From Octopus bimaculoides (Eukaryota), in NCBI RefSeq assembly GCF_001194135.2, contig NC_068987.1:55219570-55283569 (forward strand): DNA of 64,000 nt, given 5' to 3'. This document shows positions 59,701-64,000 of the stretch, piece after piece (position 1 is the first letter of the stretch; every line of letters starts with the position of its first letter). The notes under the pieces were generated by a model. That model saw only the letters and a program-made list of their open reading frames with translations. It did not search any database and had not been told where the DNA came from. The translations under genes and the position numbers were made by a program.

Positions 59701-62700
59701 CTTTATTTCAAATTCATAATATTTGTCTGGTACAATTCTTTAGTTTGGTCAAAACACATCCAGCAATGGAATGCTTTTTTTTGATAACCTTTATACCATG
59801 CTATATATATTGACTTGATAAAAGAGATAGAGAGAGAGTATGTGTGCTATGTGAATAATTGAAATAATATATGTCAATTCAGTTTTGTTGAACTAAAAAC
59901 TACAAATACTACTAACTGATAGGGCTCAACCACTTTTTTTGTTTCTGAAGATAAAAACCTCCATATTTATAACTTAATATAAATTACTCATATAAATGAA
60001 CTAATATGAATTAAATATGACTGAGAAAGATGTGTGTTAGTGTGTCTACTCAACAGACAGGTAGCAATAAAAGGAAGAGTATTTTACAATACAGTAGTTT
60101 TTAAACTCCAATAGAAAATTTTTTTTAATTTCATTTTATTTTATTTTTGTAAATTAGCTCTGTTTATATCTGTAGCAAGAACTTTTTTATTATTATTATT
60201 TTCATTTCACCTTCAATGTGGCAATTTTTTTTTTAAATTTCACCTAAAAAAATTATGTCCAAAATCTTTTACATCTACAAAAATATGTATCTATAAACTT
60301 TATTTAAATAATGTATTTAGGTTGTGCTTTATGGCATGTCTGCTTTACTTTTTGATATGGTGAAGAACTAATGAAAGTTAATGCTGTCCAACATCTTGAA
60401 ATTTGGAAATTGGATTGCTAGAATTATAACATAGCAAGCACAAGATCTTATTTATTTCTATATTTTATTTTGTAGTTCTCCCCTCTGGGGAATAATAGAT
60501 TTCTAAGCTATAGATATTACATAAATAATTTGATTCTTCCTACTTGGAAAAATATTTAATACTTTTTAGTTAAAAATAATTTCCATTTTTGTGAATTTTT
60601 CTCCAATTTTCTCAGTTTATTACAAATTTGTTTCTGAAATAAATTCAACAAAAAATTCTTTTCTTTTGAAATTTTCCATGTGGCAAATTTAAACAGGCCT
60701 TGGCAACTTGTTTTAATATGATGGTAGAAGTATTTGTGATGTACCTGCTGAATGAAACAAGAAAAATTTGTTCATTTCTATTTAATATTTTCTATTTTTT
60801 TAAATCCACCTGTTATTCCTTCATATGTTTTATATCTATTGTTCTAAGATTTGTTGTAGAATTTTCTCTTAAGCCAATAACATTAATTTACTTGCTCCAA
60901 AATATTTTCTGAAAGTTTCAAGTTTTATCTAAGGCATGAGGCCACAGATTTGTAGAAAATGGTAATGGGACTGCATAATGTTTTTGTCTTCCCCTCAAGG
61001 ACATCAATAATTTAAGTGACATGAACTGCCAATTAAAAATCTGAGTTGATTGAACATGCAATGAAATTACTCTCATGGAAATTTTGTGATGTATTGAAAA
61101 GTTAAAAGTTAAAAGAATGTCTTTGATCATAAGTTTACTCAATCAGTTCAAGCCTTGGGCTAAACAACAGCAGCATTTTACGGCCTTCGTGTCAATGTAA
61201 GACATAATTAGGGCAGTGATAGAGTTGTGGATTAGATGTGTTTGTATCCATCTAGTTAGTGTTTCTCTTACTACCTTCCAGTGTTTAATCCCTGGTACAG
61301 GTGGCTCTAGCATCCATCCTCAAATCATTGAATAAAGTACCAGTAATATACTTAGATAAATTCAGTTCAGTATATGTCTCCTGCAAAATATGTCCCCACT
61401 GCCTTACTAAAAAATCCTTATTTACAAGTTTAATGGAGAGCTGATCTAGATGCTGTCTGGTTTGTTATGTCACTGTTTCTGAGTTGTTAATCAATTTTGG
61501 TCTGCTTGTGTTAGCCTAAAGAGGTAATCTAATTTAAAATTAAAATTTAGCTGGAAGTTTCAGCATATTGCTCAAGGAGTTTTAAGATGTGTGCCATGTT
61601 AGAAGTTGAACTATCTACTTTCAATCAATATTCTAGCCATAACCATCCCATATTTCTTGTGGGATTTGTTGCCCAAAATTTTAGGGATTTAAAGCATACA
61701 ATTTCCATTTTAAAAGCAAGAGAATGTTTGTGGAGCAAGTTTAGGCTGCTACTATGCACTGGTAGAAAGTGTGTGTGAGAGATATGAAAGTTCATTGTAT
61801 ATATTTGGAGATTTGGTTTGATTCTTAAGTGTTGAGGAATCCTGCTGTGATGGTCTTCTTACGGAAAAAAAAACAACCAGCATCACACCCAGGAGTAGAC
61901 CACACATATGGGCATCCAACCCAGCCAGATCAATTGGGGACTGTTGTTTCTGACAGGACCTGAAAGAAGCTGTGCTTGAGGACTCTGTCCCCTACAATCC
62001 TCTCCGGATTAAGTGGGCAAAGATGAGATCTGATAGAAATAAGTAGTTGTAATATATTCAAGATTAGGTTTATGAATTATAATCCCTCCCTTATAAAATC
62101 AAGAGATACGCATACACAGAGAGAGAGGGAGTTATATTTATTATCATGGTTTACCAAGTTAATACACATACTTTTCTCATATCTGTAATGAAAGACATAC
62201 ATAGCCATTTCAATGTACACTTACACACTGAACATTATGAGATAAGTGACCACATAGACAATCATATTGACTGGCTGGTTTACTGCATAAAACTCTTCAG
62301 TATACATCATACAAAACAAACTTCTTTTCTTTCTTTTAACAACTATTTAACCTCCATCTATGTCTATTTTCATTTGATGTGGCAGTGTAGTTGGGTTTTG
62401 TTACTGTACTAATATTGTTGCAGATAAAACGTAAAACTGTTATTGTCTTTGAAATATTTTGCATTGGAAAAGGAAAAAAAAATAAATGCTTCTATTTCAT
62501 ATATTTCAAGTTGGTGTGTGAACTAAACAAACAAAAATAAAACAAGAAGAAATACATAAGAGGGTTAGAAGAAAGGCCCTTATAAGTATTTTACACTCTT
62601 TAAGGAATTTTTTGTTTTTTGTTTTTCTCTCCCCCTCCCCACCTCCCATATGAAAATTGATTAAACATTGCTGTAAATTACTTTAGGCTAATTCATTTTC

Positions 62701-64000
62701 ATTTATTGTTATTGCTGTTGATAAAATACAATAGGTGAATAATACATTATGTGGATTAGTTTCTGAAGGCTGCTGACAATTTTATTTCAACAGTTCTCTC
62801 ATTGTTTAATTTAGCTTCCTTTATTTGTCTCAAATTATGCTATGCTGATGATTGCAAAGAAGGATGAAATAGTACTACCAACAACTAGAAACTTTAAAAT
62901 TTTTATAATGTGTTGAAGAAAAAAAATTAATGGATAAACTATGTACACCTTCTTTACTCTTTGATGTAAATTTCTAACTTTCAAACCTACCTCACCTCAA
63001 CTTAACTTAATCTTAGAAGGGATTGTCTCCCCTATAGTAGTTGACTACCAGGAACACACCACATGTTCTTTCATTGTCTCTTTAAACCTTTACAACTATC
63101 TTCTTTTCCATTAATATAGTGATTTTTTTTTTCACAACCATTGGCACGCAAAGCACATCTCACAAATGCAGAGTCATAAGATGGTTGTGATCTGTAAACA
63201 GTTTTGAGTCGAAACCAGAAAGAGAAGTATGAACATGCAATGTGCATATACTCACTGAATTCATAAAACAGAAGAGAAGAATAAGATTATATGATGGTCT
63301 GCAAGCCACATCTGACACCACTATCATGTGGCTTTGCTGCAATTTCTTTTTTTTTTTAAGGTAGAAATATCATTGGATTGTATTGAACATTTTAATGGAA
63401 CAAATAATGTGATATAGTTTGGTTATATTTATATTTATTTTGCTCTCAATATTTTGAGTGTTTTATTTGAATTAGAATTCTTCAACACATTGTTATGACA
63501 TATTCTTATTGGTCTAGCCAGTGCTCATCAGATTTTGCTTTATTTATTATTACATCTTTTCATTTCTTTTCCTTCTCATTTTTCTCCCTCTACTTTTCTA
63601 CCATTACTTGTTATCTTTGTTTGAAGTTCTCTCTTTCTATTAGCCAGATTCTCTTCCTATCACTCATATTCTCTCTGTTTTTTTGTCCTCTTCCCATCTT
63701 TCTTTGTTTCTCTTATTTCCTTACACCCCACCCCATAAGTTCTCTTCATCTTGTTTTCATTTTTCTCTTCCTACCTTTTAATCATGTCTCTCATATACTA
63801 CCTTTTTTTCACACTAAATTTATTTTTCCACCAGAAACAAGATAAAAACAAATTCACTTGTCATTTTTACAGTCACCAAATTGTGTGTGTGTGTACCGAT
63901 ACTTAATTATAATGTTAACAGGTTTATTCTATGCTTTGTCTCTTGTGGGGGAGAAAAAAAAGCCTTCGGCTGTCACTAATGGATTTCATTGATAACAAAA

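Noticed and set aside
61880-61900. Minus-strand YSWV* resembling the delta-catenin DSWV ligand
   Set aside because: Wrong strand for this gene. The intact hAT TSD across the nearest gap argues against an inversion there, and an SWV-stop pattern is expected by chance about once in a window this size.

Overview
AT-rich, microsatellite- and SINE-dense eukaryotic DNA. The repeat families look like Octopus/coleoid cephalopod (inference from recalled repeat sequences). There are three assembly gaps. The window holds the middle and 3' part of one + strand gene of the p120-catenin family (catenin delta-2/ARVCF/PKP4-like). Twelve exons (4831-33639) join in frame through GT-AG junctions and encode the armadillo repeat domain, the GCFG..KKK basic loop and the YDDSTL tail motif. 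The 5' exons lie upstream of the window. Downstream I find a phase-compatible chain of candidate microexons (36, 21, 23, 17 nt), a candidate last exon at 56750 and a candidate alternative last exon ending in DSNL*. Together these could switch the C-terminal PDZ-type ligand, and this is the most interesting hypothesis here. The Trp363-equivalent cadherin-contact residue is Leu. Introns carry tRNA-derived SINEs with TSDs, an 8-copy SINE array, RTE-type retroelement pieces, piggyBac-like and hAT MITEs, and several strong foldback/hairpin structures (candidate ADAR substrates or small-RNA precursors). Microexon and isoform calls are sequence-only predictions and need RNA-seq.
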